From: Tubulanus polymorphus
Taxonomy: Eukaryota > Animalia > Nemertea
Assembly (NCBI RefSeq): GCF_964204645.1
Contig: NC_134028.1
Coordinates: 17,243,653 to 17,307,652, forward strand
Direction of reading: 5' to 3'
Length of the DNA: 64,000 nt
In this document: one piece after another, positions 61,264-64,000 of the stretch
How positions within the stretch are numbered: the first letter of the stretch is position 1
Layout: each line of letters starts with the position of its first letter
The notes under the pieces: generated by a model
Told to the model about the DNA's origin: nothing
Database searches by the model: none
The model's input: the letters and a program-made list of their open reading frames with translations, nothing else
Position numbers and translations under genes: made by a program

Positions 61264-63479
61264 ATGTGCACAAGATTAATTAAAGTTCCCGCGAAAGACA
61301 TGAGTAATAAATATATAAATTCAATGTTATATTATTTAACTGTTAACAATAATTTAGCAGATATTTCAGGAGTAAATATAAATAAGTATTATAAATCTGA
61401 AAATAATGAATTAATTGAAACATCAGATATATTTTGCGATAATATATTGCTATATAAAATCATGTTAGAAAAAGAAATTATTAAAGAAAATAGAACAACT
61501 TTTCTAAACGTTAATCAGAGAAAGATAACACATTATGAAATTAAAGAATGTTTTAATCAAGGAGATATTATATTGGATAACTTAGCTATAACAATTACAC
61601 GTGTTTTGATAATTCATGATGATAATCCAAAATCATATATATATATTAAGTAGAATTAATTAAGAATTAAAATTGACAGATTATATTGCTGTATTTAAAA
61701 TTTCATTATGCAATCAAAATTTAAATGAATTAATACAGAAAATGGATAATATTGAAAAATTATTAAATGAAAAAAATTACAATATATTAGATGTAGATGT
61801 GACACAAGATTTTAAAGGATCATTTAATTCAGATGAAATAAAATCAATGTTCGAAAATAGAAAATATAAAGTTATAAAATAATTTTCCATTCAAATCTCC
61901 TGGTGTAAATATAAATTTCGGTTCAAATTTAATGAGTTACATAAATTGCTATCAAGAGAGGTTAAAAGAATCATTTGGAAAATCAATTGAAACAGGATTG
62001 ATTAGAATTGAAATAACAAGTATTTCATTTAAAAGACGATTAAAAGTGATGGAAAAAATAAAACAATACTTAAAAAAAGAAAATATTTACTATTCACCTA
62101 CATATTTACAACTTAAATCATTATTTGATGAGGTTCAACAGACTGTATGTATTTATGATTTGATTGAAAAATGCTTCTATTTCTGTTATTATGGTGATTT
62201 ATAAGCAAGGAAATTTATAGGATATAAATCTAGGATAAGTAAAAATATTGAAGAGTCCTCCTTTTTACTTATTTTATCAATGTTTACAATTAAGAATATC
62301 CCATGTTTATACCTAACAATTGATCAAAATGATGATAAATCAGAACTCATTATTGAAGCAAAAACATATATTAAAACTGAAGGAGCAACTGTTATATATT
62401 CAACTAATTCAATGTTTACAGTATTGAATAAATTTATATTTAGATTTAAATTACGTGAAACAGGAATTAGTTTTACAACTTTAAAAAAGAGATACAATAT
62501 AAAATCTAAACCTTTTTATAAATTAGATGCACTTGATATTGAAGAAGATTTTGATTTAAAATTATTATCTAAAAGTGAATTTAAAAAGTTATAAGAAATG
62601 AAAGAACTTTAACAATTACAAGAAGATATAGATGAAAATGGAAATAAAATTTGTAATGAATTAAAGCAACAATTAGATATTGATAATGAATTATTTGAGA
62701 CAGAATTTTAAAAACTTGAAATAATTCCTGAAGTAAAATTAAATGATTATACTCCTAAAATATCTGGAATTGACAATAATACAATTTTTGAAATTAGAGG
62801 TTTTTCAACTCAATGTAAATGTATAACAAATCTTTATTTCAGTTATATTTTAACAGATCAAGGCTTTTATGAAACTACTACTGATTTAAGAGAATTATTG
62901 ATAAAAACATTACAATTAGACGTATTAAATAATAATTATTTTGAATTGTCTTCGATAGAAAAAATCATCCAAAAGTTAAAAATAGGCGTTCATAGCCCTG
63001 ATAGACACTTTATTTTATCAAAATTAGAAAAACCTATTTTCCAAGTAAAGAAAATAACACACAATCATTTTGAAATAATTGATAAAATGGATTTTGAATT
63101 GATGAAAAAATATACTGAATATTTAAAGATAAATTCTGATGATTTTATAAATGTATGTGATATACGTAAAGAATCTGATTATTTAAGAAAAATGAAACTT
63201 AACAATATGAAAATTAAGCAATGCGAGCGTTTAGAACTACTGAAAGATGATTCTGAATATAATATTGATTTCATTAATCCTAGATATTTTAGAAATAAAT
63301 TGCGCCATCTAATTTTAATTCATAATGATGAAAATATTTACATATCAAATGAATTTTTCGATAAAGAAATGATTAAGAATAATATAACAGAATATCAGGT
63401 GATAAAATTGATTACGCACAGGCAAAAATATAATTCTCAGCGGCATAAAGAATTAGTAGTAAGTTTAATTGTTATTTGA
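61264..63479 (+). pseudogene. Large disrupted unknown gene, possibly with a Rep_trans-like domain
   Basis: Five consecutive same-strand ORF fragments behind one family-type upstream motif; motifs LDVDVTQDFKG and GLIRIEIT. Confidence 0.5.
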
Positions 63480-63536
63480 ATTGAAACATATAAATATTTA
63501 ATATTTTTTAAACTGTTTAATTTCTTTCTTAAATAA

Positions 63537-63743
63537 ATGGATGGTTTCATCCCAACTGGGAAAAGTGATTTGAAACATTATTTAGTTGCTGGAGGTTTAA
63601 TATTAGCAGCATTATATTTTTACTATGAGAATATTTCAAAAGATTTGATGAATGAAAATAATAAATTAAAGAAGTTAAATGTGAACAATCACAGGAATAA
63701 AAAGAATAAAAAAGTTAATTTAGAAAATGATTTAGAGGATTAA
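63537..63743 (+). CDS. Small single-TM basic protein (68 aa)
   Basis: TAAATG start; YLVAGGLILAALYFYY. Confidence 0.55.
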   Translation: MDGFIPTGKSDLKHYLVAGGLILAALYFYYENISKDLMNENNKLKKLNVNNHRNKKNKKVNLENDLED

Positions 63744-64000
63744 AACAGCATCTTTTAATTTCATATAATTTGACTATAAAAATGAGTGAAAATATATTAA
63801 ACTTATTACATCTAATATATAAAAATCAACAGAATATTAAATCAATTATTATGCTTACAGGTTTATTTTCTTTTTCAATTTATAGTATAAAACAGTTGTA
63901 AAAATGTTCTTGTAAAATTAGATATACAGAATTGAAAGAAAATATAAATTATCTATCAGATCGAATAGATAATATTAAATGCTGTGTAATATGTAATAAA

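Larger units (their letters stand above)
58707..64000 (+). mobile_element. Second Maverick-family element, rearranged, polB deleted; extends beyond the window
   Basis: TIR 58707-59125 homologous to 27330-27730; polB stub, HNH and 200-aa gene follow. Confidence 0.85.

Overview
AT-rich eukaryotic (probably invertebrate animal) DNA made almost entirely of nested transposable elements, with no convincing intact host gene. The main feature is a ~14 kb decayed Maverick/Polinton-type endogenous virus (27330-41306). It carries ~400-bp terminal inverted repeats (TIRs), an HNH nuclease, a chromodomain integrase, a packaging ATPase, a minor capsid, a major-capsid remnant, small membrane proteins and a protein-primed polB. 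At least three more relatives or remnants are present (7536-10130, 51430-58020, 58707 to the window end), plus isolated TIR ends. Most notably, each terminus of this family is itself a ~190-bp foldback hairpin whose mismatches are mostly G-T wobbles on the strand carrying the 3' end, and almost every gene starts at TAAATG. Other content: a MULE 5' end with FLYWCH domain, Penelope-like elements with hammerhead ribozymes, tandem Helentron-type non-autonomous elements carrying a 31-bp satellite, a Gypsy gag-protease, a spliced hAT transposase and LINE fragments. All family calls come from motif recognition by eye, not database searches, and many boundaries are approximate.
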